This document shows positions 26,134-36,249 of a stretch of 52,563 nucleotides of DNA, piece by piece (position 1 is the first letter of the stretch; the number at the start of each line of letters is the position of its first letter). Below the pieces are notes generated by a model. It had not been told where the DNA came from. It did not search any database and saw nothing but the letters and a program-made list of their open reading frames with translations. Made by a program: the position numbers and the translations under genes. This stretch comes from Candidatus Methanophagales archaeon (lineage in GTDB: Archaea; Halobacteriota; Syntropharchaeia; Alkanophagales; Methanospirareceae), in NCBI GenBank assembly GCA_025966525.1, contig JAPDIG010000002.1, positions 1-52,563 on the forward strand, in the 5' to 3' direction.

Positions 26134-29100
26134 TTGTTCAGCACGATGAAAACAGCAGTTTCCAAAATACGCAAAAGAGATGGTCGAGTTGTAGAATTCG
26201 AGCATGAGAAAATCACAAACGCCATTTACAAAGCGCTGGTTAGTGTTGGCATAGAAGAAGAAGGCAGAGAGCAAGAGCTTGCAAAAGAGCTAACTGAAAA
26301 GGTGGTGTTTGAACTTGAAAAGTCGTTTGCCGCAAGAGCCAGAATTCCATCAGTTGAAGATGTGCAGGATGTAGTAGAGCATGTGCTGATCGCAGAAGGA
26401 TTTAGCGAAGTTGCGAAAGCGTATATTTTATATCGCCAGCAGCGTGCAGATATTCGCGGTCTAAAGAAATTTATAGGTGTTACGGATGATTTAAAGCTTT
26501 CATTGAATGCCGTAGAGGTATTGAAAAGAAGATACCTGTTAAAGAACGAACTCGGAGAAGTCATCGAGACCCCAGGTCAAATGTTCGAGCGTGTGGCAAA
26601 AGCAATAGCACGAGCGGAATTGAATTATGGTAAAAGCAAAGGCGAGGCAAAGGAAATTGAACGCAGATTTTACCTGCTAATGCGTGATTTAGAATTCCTG
26701 CCCAACAGTCCTACATTAATGAATGCAGGAACAGAACTCGGGCAGCTCGCTGCTTGTTTCGTTCTACCAGTTGAGGATTCGATAGAAGGTATATTTGGTG
26801 CGGTTAAGAACATGGCGAAGATTCACCAAAGCGGCGGTGGAACCGGATTCTCTTTCTCAAGGCTGAGACCAAAGGGAGATGTGGTAAAGTCAACAGGGGG
26901 AATCGCCTCAGGTCCCGTCTCTTTCATGCGTGTTTTTGACGTTGCCACGGATGTAATCAAGCAAGGAGGCAAGAGAAGAGGCGCGAATATGGGCATATTG
27001 AACGTCGAACACCCAGACATTCTGGAATTTATAAGAGCGAAAGCTCGAGGAGGATTTGCCAATTTCAATATCTCCGTAGCTGTTACTGATGAATTCATGC
27101 GTGCAGTGGAGAGAAACGATGAATATGGGCTCATAAATCCCCGCACGAAAGAAGAAGTGAGAAAAATCAATGCGAGAGAAGTTTTTAACGAGATTGTAAC
27201 CTATGCATGGAAGACGGGAGACCCAGGGATCGTTTTTATGGATGAGATAAATCGCTGTAATCCTATTCCCGCGATTGGGAAGATAGAGGCAACTAATCCG
27301 TGCGTAACCGCTGATACATGGGTAATGACTGCTGAGGGTCCGAGACAGGTTGAAGAATTAATTGGTAAAAAGTTTACTGCAATTGTAAACGGCGAGAAAT
27401 GGGAGAGTTCAGGAGAAGGATTCTTTGAGACCGGGGTGAAACCAGTTTACAGATTGAAGACCGCAGAAGGATTTGAATTGCATCTGACGGTAGATCACCC
27501 GGTTATGAGAGTGGAGAGAAAGACAAGATATAAAATTGTGACGCAATGGAGCAATGCAGGGGATTTGAAGCCCGGCGATAAAATTATCATCAACAATCAC
27601 AGAGATTTTGGTAATTGGAACGTTAAGGGCAAATATACGGAATCTGAAGGCTATTTAATGGGTTTGCTCTTAGGAGATGGTACGATTAAAAAATTAAATT
27701 CTGGGCTGAAGGCAATTAGCAATAAAATGGAGAAAGCATCTGTGGATTTCTGCGGAGGTCTGCTAAGAGGGTTATTTGATGCAGATGGCTCGGTTCAAGG
27801 AAATCAATCGAAAGGTGTTAGTGTAAGACTGGCTCAGAGCGATATTGAGATTCTCAAGTCGGTTCAGCGTATGCTTTTACGATTTGGAATATTCTCGAGG
27901 ATTTATATGAATAGGAGAGGAGAAAGGAAGGTGAAAATGCCCGATGGGAAAGGGGGGATAAAAGAGTATATTACAAAACCTCAGCACGAATTGGTAATTT
28001 CCAAAGAGAACATATTGTATTTCGCTGAAAGGGTTGGATTTGATGATTCAGAGAAAATGGAAAAACTTGAAAAGGCTATATGGAATTACAAACGGAAAAT
28101 GAATCGAGAGCGGTTTGTAGCATCCGTAGAGGAAGTAGTTCCAGAGGGCATAGAAAAGGTTTATGATGTTCAAATTCCGGGAATAAATGCTTTTGATGCG
28201 AATGGATTCTATGTGCATAATTGTGGTGAGCAGCCACTCTTACCGTACGATTCATGCAATTTAGGCTCGATAAATGTTTCAAAATTTGTCAAAAACGGGG
28301 GGAGCAGCGAAATAGACTGGGAAAGGCTTAGAGAGGTAATCTGGATTTCTGTGAGGTTTTTAGATGATGTCATAGATGTGAACAGGTATCCATTGCCTGA
28401 GATAGAGCACATGACAAAAGCGAACAGAGGGATAGGGCTTGGAATAATGGGATTTGCAGAACTGTTAATCAAGCTTGGGATTGCGTATGATTCAAAGGAT
28501 GCACTTTCGCTGGGTGAAAAGCTAATGCGATTCATTACAAATGAAGCGCGGCAGTGTTCAGCACAGCTCGGGCTCGAAAGAGGGTCTTTTCCCAACTTCG
28601 AACTCAGCATTTGGAACGCTAAATACGAAGCAATGCGAAATGCCACGGTAACCACCATCGCACCAACGGGAACAATAAGTATAATTGCGAGCTGCTCCAG
28701 TGGAATAGAGCCTATATTCGCTGTTGCATTTGTTCGGAACGTAATGGGAGGAATGCTGGAGATAAACAAGTTGTTTGAGGATATAGCGAAGGAAAAGGGC
28801 TTTTACAGCAAAGATTTGATCGCGGAGATTGCAAAATGCGGCTCAATACAGGATATTGAAGGAATCCCAGAAGATATTAAAAGGATATTTGTTACTGCGC
28901 TTGACATCTCGCCGGAATGGCATGTGCGAATGCAAGCAGCATTTCAGAAATATACGGACAATGCGACATCAAAAACAGTGAATCTGCCGAGCGATGTAAC
29001 GTGGGGCAATGTAAAAAAGGTGTTTTTATTGGCTTACAAGCTTAAGTGTAAGGGTATTACTGTTTACCGATATGGAAGTAAAGAGCAGGTTCTGTCGCTG

Positions 29101-29181
29101 GATATTCCAAAACTCATGCTTGAGGAGTATGTATGCGCTGATTCGGAATACACAGGCGAGTGCAGGATATGTTCGGTATAA
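26134..29181 (+). CDS. nrdJ: Adenosylcobalamin-dependent (class II) ribonucleotide reductase with ATP-cone, interrupted by an intein
   Basis: 1015-aa ORF with an N-terminal ATP-cone (KIRKRDGRVVEFEHEKITNAIYKA). RNR blocks include FLPNSPTLMNAG, ACFVLPVEDS and SGGGTGFSFSRLRP. The finger-loop motif TNP/CGEQ is split by the intein. C-terminal redox cysteines are present (CADSEYTGECRICS). The start could be Met5 (MKTAVSK). Confidence 0.9.
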   Translation: MFSTMKTAVSKIRKRDGRVVEFEHEKITNAIYKALVSVGIEEEGREQELAKELTEKVVFELEKSFAARARIPSVEDVQDVVEHVLIAEGFSEVAKAYILYRQQRADIRGLKKFIGVTDDLKLSLNAVEVLKRRYLLKNELGEVIETPGQMFERVAKAIARAELNYGKSKGEAKEIERRFYLLMRDLEFLPNSPTLMNAGTELGQLAACFVLPVEDSIEGIFGAVKNMAKIHQSGGGTGFSFSRLRPKGDVVKSTGGIASGPVSFMRVFDVATDVIKQGGKRRGANMGILNVEHPDILEFIRAKARGGFANFNISVAVTDEFMRAVERNDEYGLINPRTKEEVRKINAREVFNEIVTYAWKTGDPGIVFMDEINRCNPIPAIGKIEATNPCVTADTWVMTAEGPRQVEELIGKKFTAIVNGEKWESSGEGFFETGVKPVYRLKTAEGFELHLTVDHPVMRVERKTRYKIVTQWSNAGDLKPGDKIIINNHRDFGNWNVKGKYTESEGYLMGLLLGDGTIKKLNSGLKAISNKMEKASVDFCGGLLRGLFDADGSVQGNQSKGVSVRLAQSDIEILKSVQRMLLRFGIFSRIYMNRRGERKVKMPDGKGGIKEYITKPQHELVISKENILYFAERVGFDDSEKMEKLEKAIWNYKRKMNRERFVASVEEVVPEGIEKVYDVQIPGINAFDANGFYVHNCGEQPLLPYDSCNLGSINVSKFVKNGGSSEIDWERLREVIWISVRFLDDVIDVNRYPLPEIEHMTKANRGIGLGIMGFAELLIKLGIAYDSKDALSLGEKLMRFITNEARQCSAQLGLERGSFPNFELSIWNAKYEAMRNATVTTIAPTGTISIIASCSSGIEPIFAVAFVRNVMGGMLEINKLFEDIAKEKGFYSKDLIAEIAKCGSIQDIEGIPEDIKRIFVTALDISPEWHVRMQAAFQKYTDNATSKTVNLPSDVTWGNVKKVFLLAYKLKCKGITVYRYGSKEQVLSLDIPKLMLEEYVCADSEYTGECRICSV
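27301..28221 (+). mobile_element. Intein (307 aa) in the RNR finger loop, with a degenerate LAGLIDADG endonuclease domain
   Basis: It starts with Cys (CVTADTWV, block A) and has block B LTVDHPVM. LAGLIDADG-like motifs are YLMGLLLGDGT and LLRGLFDADGS, only about 35 aa apart. Blocks F/G are VYDVQIPGINAFDANGFYVHN, followed by the +1 Cys of CGEQ. Confidence 0.85.
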
Positions 29182-29191
29182 AGTTTTAAAG

Positions 29192-30937
29192 CTACTTCCA
29201 TAATTCTTGTCTTTCTATCTCTAGTTGTTTAAGTTTCCCTTTCGCAGGCACGCCATTTTCATCCCAGCCACGCATACGGTAATATTCATCGAGCGTCTTT
29301 AAAAACTCTTCTTTATCTATCACCCGTCCATTCACCTTCTCCTTAAAGAACCTATCGGGCAAAGTATCATCCTTTTTACCAAACCCTTCTCTTACATTAT
29401 AAAGCCGTTCTACGTTCCATATCCTCTCTCCGACAAGCATCAAATCCTCAGACGTATAATTCTCCCCGGTAACAGCACTCAATATGTTCGCATATTCCTC
29501 CTCGCCTGCACCGAAGAATGCAAATTTACACACCACGAGCGAATCAACCGCGGCAAATCTATCTTGGAATATCTTTGTATGTCCTGCTTTTCCCGCAAGC
29601 GTGTAAGGGTCAATAGCCTTTGGTTTTCTCAGTATCTCCGGAGCGACGAGATATGCCCTTGTATGGCATCCTCCTCGATTGGAGGTGGCATAACTGAAAC
29701 CCAAACCTTTTACTCCCCGAGGGTCATAAGAGGGGAGTTCAAGCCCTTTCACTTGAATTGCCTTCTCAGGATGCCCTTCTGATTCAGCAAAAGCCTTTGC
29801 ACCTCTACCAAGTCTTTCGCCAATGCCCTCTTTTTCTCCTATCATTCTCGTTAGCTTTAACAGTTCGGTATGAGAAATGCCTTTATCCCCCATCTCTGAG
29901 TAACAGCCCAAAACACCAGCAACAGAAATCGTGTCCAAGCCGTAATCGTTACAGCGCCGGTTTGCCTCAACAACTGCCTTATAGTCAGGGTTTTGAATGT
30001 TTGCACCCATGAGACCAATGGTCTCATATTCTGGCAGTTCTTTGCCCTCTTTATCTTCTCTTTTACACGCGATAGGGCAGGAATAACAAGCCTTTTTCCT
30101 CGTAGAGTATTCCTCAGCTATGGTCTTTGCAAAAAACTTCCGAATGTCAAAATCCGGCTCTGCCCGTCTGAAATTTGCTACCGGAAGGATTTTCATCCAG
30201 CTCGTTATCTTCACTAAAAACGGTGTTCCAAAAACCGACAGCCCTTTACTTATAGTTGGACACGCAATTAATAGCCGGTTAATCGCTTTCTTTTGCTTTG
30301 AAAATTCTCCCTTATCGTAGATATCAACTCTTCCCGCGCCTTTTACCACGATTGCCTTCAGTTTTTTCGAGCCCATTACCGCGCCCACACCACCTCGCCC
30401 AAAAGCATGAATGCCATCTGCTATTATCGAAGCCAAAGGCACAAGTTTCTCGCCTGCTCTGCCTATACAAACTACGCTACCATTTCCTTTTAAAATTCCT
30501 GTGGTCTCTTTCACGTTCTTACCCCACAGCCACGCGGCAGGTTTTATCTCCACCAGATCATCTTCTATTTTTATAAATACCGGTTCTGGTGATTTACCTG
30601 CAATAATTATCGCATCGTAACCTGCTTTTTTCAGCTCAGGACCAAATGAACCACCACAGTTAGAATCAAATATCGTTCCTGTCAAAGGTGATCTCGTGGA
30701 CAGCGAGACTCTGCCCGAGGCTGGCGTAGTAGTGCCTGTCAGTGGACCGGCGGCAAATACAAGCAGGTTAGCTGGTACAAGGGCATCGGCACGTCCGGCA
30801 TCATACAATATCTTCGCTCCCAGCCCGCGACCACCGAGATAATTCTTGAGTAAGGAATCATCGGGAACGAAGCTATCTATTCGATGTTCCGAAAGGTCTA
30901 TTTTGAGTATTCGTTTTTTCCAGCCATATGCGTTCAT
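29192..30937 (-). CDS. aor: Aldehyde:ferredoxin oxidoreductase family (tungstopterin) enzyme
   Basis: 581-aa ORF with a typical AOR N-terminus (YGWKKRILKIDLS......LGGRGLGAKILYD). It also has SPLTG, GGCH.RAY-type motifs and an AOR C-terminal domain. Confidence 0.9.
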   Translation of the reverse strand: MNAYGWKKRILKIDLSEHRIDSFVPDDSLLKNYLGGRGLGAKILYDAGRADALVPANLLVFAAGPLTGTTTPASGRVSLSTRSPLTGTIFDSNCGGSFGPELKKAGYDAIIIAGKSPEPVFIKIEDDLVEIKPAAWLWGKNVKETTGILKGNGSVVCIGRAGEKLVPLASIIADGIHAFGRGGVGAVMGSKKLKAIVVKGAGRVDIYDKGEFSKQKKAINRLLIACPTISKGLSVFGTPFLVKITSWMKILPVANFRRAEPDFDIRKFFAKTIAEEYSTRKKACYSCPIACKREDKEGKELPEYETIGLMGANIQNPDYKAVVEANRRCNDYGLDTISVAGVLGCYSEMGDKGISHTELLKLTRMIGEKEGIGERLGRGAKAFAESEGHPEKAIQVKGLELPSYDPRGVKGLGFSYATSNRGGCHTRAYLVAPEILRKPKAIDPYTLAGKAGHTKIFQDRFAAVDSLVVCKFAFFGAGEEEYANILSAVTGENYTSEDLMLVGERIWNVERLYNVREGFGKKDDTLPDRFFKEKVNGRVIDKEEFLKTLDEYYRMRGWDENGVPAKGKLKQLEIERQELWK

Positions 30938-31025
30938 TTTTTTTACGCAAAGCCCGTATAAAAACCGGCAAATTTATACACTGCGCATAGAAGATAGGGT
31001 GGAGGCGCAATATTGAGAAGGATGA

Positions 31026-31097
31026 TGCCCCAGCCGGGAATCGAACCCGGATCTTGGGCTCCGCAGGCCCAAGGGATCTCCACTACCACACTGGGGC
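31026..31097 (-). tRNA. tRNA-Arg (anticodon GCG)
   Basis: The minus strand reads GCCCCAG..TGGGC-CTGCGGA-GCCCA..CCGGG-TTCGATT-CCCGG-CTGGGGC-A. It has a perfect 7-bp acceptor stem, a 5-bp anticodon stem with the 7-nt loop C-U-GCG-G-A, and a canonical T-arm. CCA is not encoded. The D-stem is weak (2-3 pairs), so confirm with tRNAscan-SE. Confidence 0.8.
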
Positions 31098-31117
31098 TTT
31101 ATTACAAAGCACATCAT

Positions 31118-31129
31118 GATTTTATTAAC
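31118..31129 (-). promoter_or_regulatory. TATA-like box upstream of tRNA-Arg
   Basis: The minus strand reads GTTAATAAAATC, centred about 27 nt upstream of the predicted tRNA 5' end. Confidence 0.3.
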
Positions 31130-31197
31130 TTGCTTCTACTTACATCTTTATTTTCGCTCCCCTTCTATAATTTATAGGGAGGTGTTTTTTCATGTAG

Positions 31198-32684
31198 TCA
31201 TTTTTCAATGCAGAGGTAAGGGTCCACCCATTGCGACCAGAACTGAACCGGATTCTTAACTGGCACCATTTCTTCATTGTCCGGGCTGAACAACTCGCTG
31301 TTGTAAAACACGAATCCTTCTTTCATTTGATGTTCTAAATTGCTCTTCAATATTCCTTCCATAATTTCTTTTTCAATTGCTCCTGCATATTGCAGAATTC
31401 TTATCAGATAAGGTGTATCTCTCGGCCAGACCACCGCCTCATGATATTCCTCATCTCCATAATAAGTCTTCTTAGAAGATTTCTTCACCAATATCCCAAA
31501 TGGTAAGCCATTCTTTTCCATTAACAAATTCTCCTTCACGTCTTTGATGAATTCTTTCAATTCATGGTGAGAAAAGATATCCTCATCGAGGAGCAAAGAG
31601 AATGCGACTACTGTCGGTGACCCTGGCGTCTTATCTCTTTTGCCTTTCACCGTTACGAGATTGTAGAAAATATTCTCTTCAGAATTCCAGAATATAGTTT
31701 TGAAGTTTTTACGCACTTTTTCTAATAATGCGAAATACTCATCTTTTTTGTTCTCGTTCTCAGAAGACATCATCACACAATGACTCAACATTTTTATCCA
31801 TTTCGCATTTAGCTCAGGCAAGAAATACTTTGGCTTATTCAGTTCGTTCTCCCCTAAATCACACCATGAGTCTGGTATCCGTATCGAGACTTTCACTCTT
31901 TTCCCTTCTATTTCTATATCTCGCTTCGTATCGGTCCACGAATGCCAGGGAACAGCAGAAATAAGTCCGTTTTCGTTCAGCACTGGTGCACCATTTACCT
32001 TTTCCAAATCGTTCATTTTGAATCGAGCGATGGTGAACTCCGCCCTTTCCAAAATTGTACTCGCAAAATCATCGTCCCAGAGCCAAGTTTATACCACCAT
32101 TCGTTTTTCTTTTTCCATGTTCTGACCTCGCATTTTTTCACCGTTCTAATCGAAATATATTTTTCATCGCGCCAGATAAGCATTCCATCGTGTATAGCCT
32201 TGCAAAAGTGTCCCTCAGGTGCAGACTCATCGTACATGTGTCTTATATCCACGATTGGCTCGATTATAATCGAAGATGCATTGCTTTCGAGCGAGACGCA
32301 GGCACTGATGCTGTTTTGCCTTGCTCCAATATCCATGAGATAGTAGGTCACAGCGAGATTTAATTTCTCTTCTTCGTTTTCGTAATAATAAATCATTTTC
32401 CATGGAAAAGCGGTTACGAGCTTTGCTCTTAGCTTAATATACCGCGACCCTTTCTTCGCACCCACTGCTATTCCATCGAGGAAATGGAAATTCTCACCTT
32501 CTATCAAGACAGATAAACCTTCATAGGGGTAATCACGATTAGGAATGATTTTTTCTATTGAATCACCAAAGGGGACGGAGAAAACCGACTGAGACCATGA
32601 AGCCTGCATTCGCTTAACTATGACATGTCGTGTAAATGCGGGATTTATGTCCTCTATCGGTTGAAGGTCAACGCTTAAGTTCAT
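31198..32684 (-). pseudogene. Glycogen-debranching-enzyme-like (amylo-alpha-1,6-glucosidase family) gene split by a frameshift
   Basis: Two overlapping ORFs lie in different frames: 32013-32684 (223 aa) and 31198-32052 (284 aa). The downstream frame is already open upstream of its TTG start (TWLWDDDFASTILERAEF...). The upstream frame ends 13 codons later. This is consistent with a single indel near 32085-32095. The C-terminal part has EEYHEAVVWPRDTPYL, reminiscent of the six-hairpin glycosidase motif of GDE_C proteins. The family call is tentative. Confidence 0.45.
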
Positions 32685-32725
32685 AGGAATTTTTTTTGGC
32701 TAAATTTTTTGCTTGCAAAAAGTTT

Positions 32726-33622
32726 CTACACGATTTTGACGCCATATTCCGCTCCTGTCATGGTTATTTCCCGTTTTAACGCATTTAAAAATATTTTGAA
32801 AGCATTACAAGAGAAATCAACCCAATCGGCGAATTCCTCAGCAGAAAGCTCTAATTCTTTTTCTATTTCGTTCTGGCTGGCGAGTCCAAACCGCTTTACT
32901 TCTTCCCAATTCTCCTCCAAATATTTGAAAAGCGATGCGGATGCGAAATGCGTGGGCACCAGAGGGGATTGTGCAGAAAGGTCGAGAATCAACTCTCGTT
33001 CCCGTTTCAGTTCATCAGCAGAAATCGCAGACTGCTGTATCGCTTTTACCCTCGCTTCTTCGTGGACTACGCCTTTCATCTCAGAGCTGAGGATTTTTAT
33101 GTGCTGCGTGGCTAATTCTTTGTAGATTTCGCCCTGAGCAAGTTCGTGTTCGAGCATGTATCTGAGCATGGGTTCAGTTGCTGATTTGATGTAAGCTTCG
33201 TTCATCGCGATGATGGAAAACCACAAGCCGCGAAGAAAAAAACGGCGGTGCATTGCAATGCCATAATCTAAAGAACCTGTGAAAGGAGCTAAAATAGATG
33301 GTGCAAATATGAGAGCTTTGGTTTTTAGCAAAATAGTATTCTTGCGGCGATTCTTGTGTGTAATTTTCTCTATTTTTTCTTTCTCTTCGCGTTCAAGTGG
33401 AAAGTGCATCGAAGCCGGATGTGCGAGGCATTTTTCGTAAAATTCAATGATTTCGATTATTTTATCGAAGTTTAGCTTCTTTAGCGTTTCTGCTATTTCC
33501 TTTACTACCGCTTGCACCCATATAATATACCCGGCTTCGTATTTCTTGCGTGATTCTTCTCCTCCGCCATCCGAAGAAATCATTTTTTCACCTATTCGTA
33601 TTTTAAAGACTTTCTCGCCCAA
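32726..33622 (-). CDS. Hypothetical protein (helical; no recognised domain)
   Basis: 298-aa ORF that overlaps the upstream radical SAM gene by 20 nt (33603-33622), so it is probably co-transcribed. It contains MLEHELAQGE, which is not a true HExxH. Confidence 0.5.
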   Translation of the reverse strand: MGEKVFKIRIGEKMISSDGGGEESRKKYEAGYIIWVQAVVKEIAETLKKLNFDKIIEIIEFYEKCLAHPASMHFPLEREEKEKIEKITHKNRRKNTILLKTKALIFAPSILAPFTGSLDYGIAMHRRFFLRGLWFSIIAMNEAYIKSATEPMLRYMLEHELAQGEIYKELATQHIKILSSEMKGVVHEEARVKAIQQSAISADELKRERELILDLSAQSPLVPTHFASASLFKYLEENWEEVKRFGLASQNEIEKELELSAEEFADWVDFSCNAFKIFLNALKREITMTGAEYGVKIV

Positions 33623-34643
33623 CGAGCTTTTCTAAAATCCCGTATTCTTCACGAGTTTTCACGAAGAGATGGACATTCCCAAGCTTAATTTTTCTCAACC
33701 CTGCATCTTTTGCCGCGTTATATGCTTCTATCATTTGCCACATATTAGGAGTCGGGACATCCATCATTTTATGCTCAGGGAAGAAAGCGAGGATAGTGAA
33801 AGGTATTTCTGCATCCACTGATGCTAACTCAGCCGCAATTCTGGCTATCTGCGGTGTCTCTACCCAGCCGGGAATATAGAGTGATAGAACCTCTAAAACG
33901 AATCCTCGTTCTTTTAGCTCTGCTGGAAGTTTCAAAATACGAGCATTCGATACGCCTGTCAGCTTTCGATGCGTCTCCTCATCAAAAGCCTTTATATCCA
34001 GCCAGAAAGAATCTATTTCTGATTCTTTGAAGAGGTCTAAATTAGCAGGAGTAAGTCCATACCCGTTTGTTTCAAAAAGAACCCAAACCCTTTCATTTAA
34101 ACCTTTTATCAATTTAGCAGACTTCACATAGAAATCTGGCTGGCATGCGAGGTCTCCGCCTGTGAATGCAACTATATTGCGAGCAGGTCCCCAGCCCTGC
34201 GGGCTTAGCACAATTTTGTCAACGCCTAATACTCCCGGACATCTCTTGCTCCTCTTACCATACACAACGCAACTTCCGCATGAGTTACAAATTTCATGTG
34301 CGTGCCAGCTCGTTGCGTGCTCTCTCCGTACAGAAGTGATTTCATATTCGCTCAAATATTTCTCGACTTCCTTTGCCACATCATGGGGAGACATCCAGTC
34401 TCCTACGGCATTTTGAGTAAAATGCCATGAATGGCATTTTCTGCATGAGAGATTACATCCCGACTGGTAAATGGAAAGATAATGCTCAGGCCTTGAAAGG
34501 AAGATCGCATTTATCAACCGGAATGGAATTCCATCTTTATACCTAAGCGTGGATTCACAAGCATTTCGCCATCTTCCCTCTTTAAAATCAAACACATGGC
34601 AACTCCCTTGCTCGAATCCCTGCTTAATTAGCTCACATTCCAT
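33603..34643 (-). CDS. Radical SAM protein (activase-like)
   Basis: 346-aa ORF with the canonical cluster GCNLSCRKCHSW. A second Cys-rich stretch follows (HEICNSCGSCVVYGKRSKRC), plus a GGD-type SAM motif (FTGGDLACQPDF). Confidence 0.75.
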   Translation of the reverse strand: MECELIKQGFEQGSCHVFDFKEGRWRNACESTLRYKDGIPFRLINAIFLSRPEHYLSIYQSGCNLSCRKCHSWHFTQNAVGDWMSPHDVAKEVEKYLSEYEITSVRREHATSWHAHEICNSCGSCVVYGKRSKRCPGVLGVDKIVLSPQGWGPARNIVAFTGGDLACQPDFYVKSAKLIKGLNERVWVLFETNGYGLTPANLDLFKESEIDSFWLDIKAFDEETHRKLTGVSNARILKLPAELKERGFVLEVLSLYIPGWVETPQIARIAAELASVDAEIPFTILAFFPEHKMMDVPTPNMWQMIEAYNAAKDAGLRKIKLGNVHLFVKTREEYGILEKLVGRESL

Positions 34644-34651
34644 GCCGCTTG

Positions 34652-36190
34652 CTAAGTTTTTTCCTTCACATAAATCGTATCCCCTTCTTTTAACTTGCTG
34701 AGAAAAGACAAAGTTGAAGGCGTGAGGGAAGAAAAAGAAAGGACGAGGTTAACGCCATCGAAAGTCTCACCGGTGGGTCCGTACTTCTTGCTGTCATCCA
34801 GTCTAATTCCCATTAGCCCACGGTTTGCTCTGGACATGTTTGTAACTCCGAGGATTCCCTTTTTTACCTCTCCTTTTGGTAAGTTCTCGGGCACAAGTGT
34901 CCCCGCCTCGTCTGCGCTTCCCTTAAATAGCACCATCATCCCAGGGACAGAGAAATGCACTTTTAAAATCCCTATTGGTCTGTTAATCAACCCTGTAAGC
35001 TTTTTGAAATACCATACGGTCTTAGGCGCCTCATCATAAAACAGCTCTACTGGAAACACCCATTCCTCCTTAACACCAATAGTTTTTACTTCTCCTACCT
35101 CCATGATATCCATTGTCAACGCTGGCTCTTGGTCCACAACCACTGCGTTATCATCCTTATTTCCTTCTCTCAACTGCCCGATATCTTCACTCTCTAAATA
35201 TTCCTCTGCTTCACGCTGCGTTTTTCCCACCACCGTCATCCATTTGGGCTCGGTCGCGATGTGAACAGTATCCCCAAATTGTGCGTAATCCATCAATTCC
35301 CCACCTTGTATTATTTCGCCAAATACGTTATGAGAAGGGTGGGGCAGCCTACTTTCCTTATATGCATACACTTTCCCCCTCTCACTCCCCGAGGTTCGTA
35401 CCGAGAGATAATATTTTGATCGGTAGCTGATATTCTCAACAGGTAAATTAAGACTTTTTAAAGCTTCTGAAGCCAGATAAGTATATGAAAGGTCATCTAT
35501 GTGGAAGACACCATCTCTTGTAAGAGATAAGAAATGTTCACTTGACATTGGTGCTTCTCGAAGGAGTTTTACTTTTGCAAAGGTGAATATCTCCTGTCCT
35601 TCCTTTATCTCGGTATTCAAGTCAGTAGTGACGACGCCGATTCGTTCCGCTTTTGTTACAATAGGGCTTATTCCCTCTATTCTATCACCCTCACGCAAAT
35701 CAGAAATGATACTCCTCCCCCTGGTTAATTTCCCGATTATAGCATCCCCTCCAGTTCCATAAGCAGCTTCGTGCTCTCGCTTGCTTATCATAAGGTATGT
35801 CATGCTTGGGTCAAAACCGCCAAAGCCAAAGAACACATCCCATTTCTTGTATTTATGCTCCCTTTTTTCTACACTTAGATTCGTCCCTATTGGACCAATA
35901 CCAATTATATCCTCGCTTACCCAACCTATTCTACCTCTTTCACCGTGGAACCGCTTATAGGCATCATAGAACAAAGACATTGCTGCCGCCTCTTTTTCCC
36001 CGACAATCGTTATCCTCGCCTCCCTTTTTGCTATCTTCAGGGAAAATTCATTCTTCAACGCTTCTCTCTTTTTTTCTGAAACTATCGCTATTATACAGCC
36101 TTGTCGGTATGTACCACCCAGCTCTTCGATAATATCACCCAACCTTTTACTTCTGACTTCCTGTATCTCACCATTGAACTTGACTTTCAT
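34652..36190 (-). CDS. Large uncharacterised protein with N-terminal ubiquitin-like (ThiS/MoaD-like) beta-grasp; possibly UPF0288 / methanogenesis-marker-3-like
   Basis: 512-aa ORF. The N-terminus MKVKFNGEIQEV....LGDIIEELG resembles a beta-grasp domain. It is followed by three repeated beta-rich modules with GxxxxG..GD..I endings (cyclophilin-like by eye). The UPF0288 assignment is from memory of the family architecture and is unverified. Confidence 0.45.
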   Translation of the reverse strand: MKVKFNGEIQEVRSKRLGDIIEELGGTYRQGCIIAIVSEKKREALKNEFSLKIAKREARITIVGEKEAAAMSLFYDAYKRFHGERGRIGWVSEDIIGIGPIGTNLSVEKREHKYKKWDVFFGFGGFDPSMTYLMISKREHEAAYGTGGDAIIGKLTRGRSIISDLREGDRIEGISPIVTKAERIGVVTTDLNTEIKEGQEIFTFAKVKLLREAPMSSEHFLSLTRDGVFHIDDLSYTYLASEALKSLNLPVENISYRSKYYLSVRTSGSERGKVYAYKESRLPHPSHNVFGEIIQGGELMDYAQFGDTVHIATEPKWMTVVGKTQREAEEYLESEDIGQLREGNKDDNAVVVDQEPALTMDIMEVGEVKTIGVKEEWVFPVELFYDEAPKTVWYFKKLTGLINRPIGILKVHFSVPGMMVLFKGSADEAGTLVPENLPKGEVKKGILGVTNMSRANRGLMGIRLDDSKKYGPTGETFDGVNLVLSFSSLTPSTLSFLSKLKEGDTIYVKEKT

Positions 36191-36249
36191 AACTATATTT
36201 TAAGAGAGAGAACATTTTAAAGTTTTTCTTTTTTTCCTTTTTAAATCTC

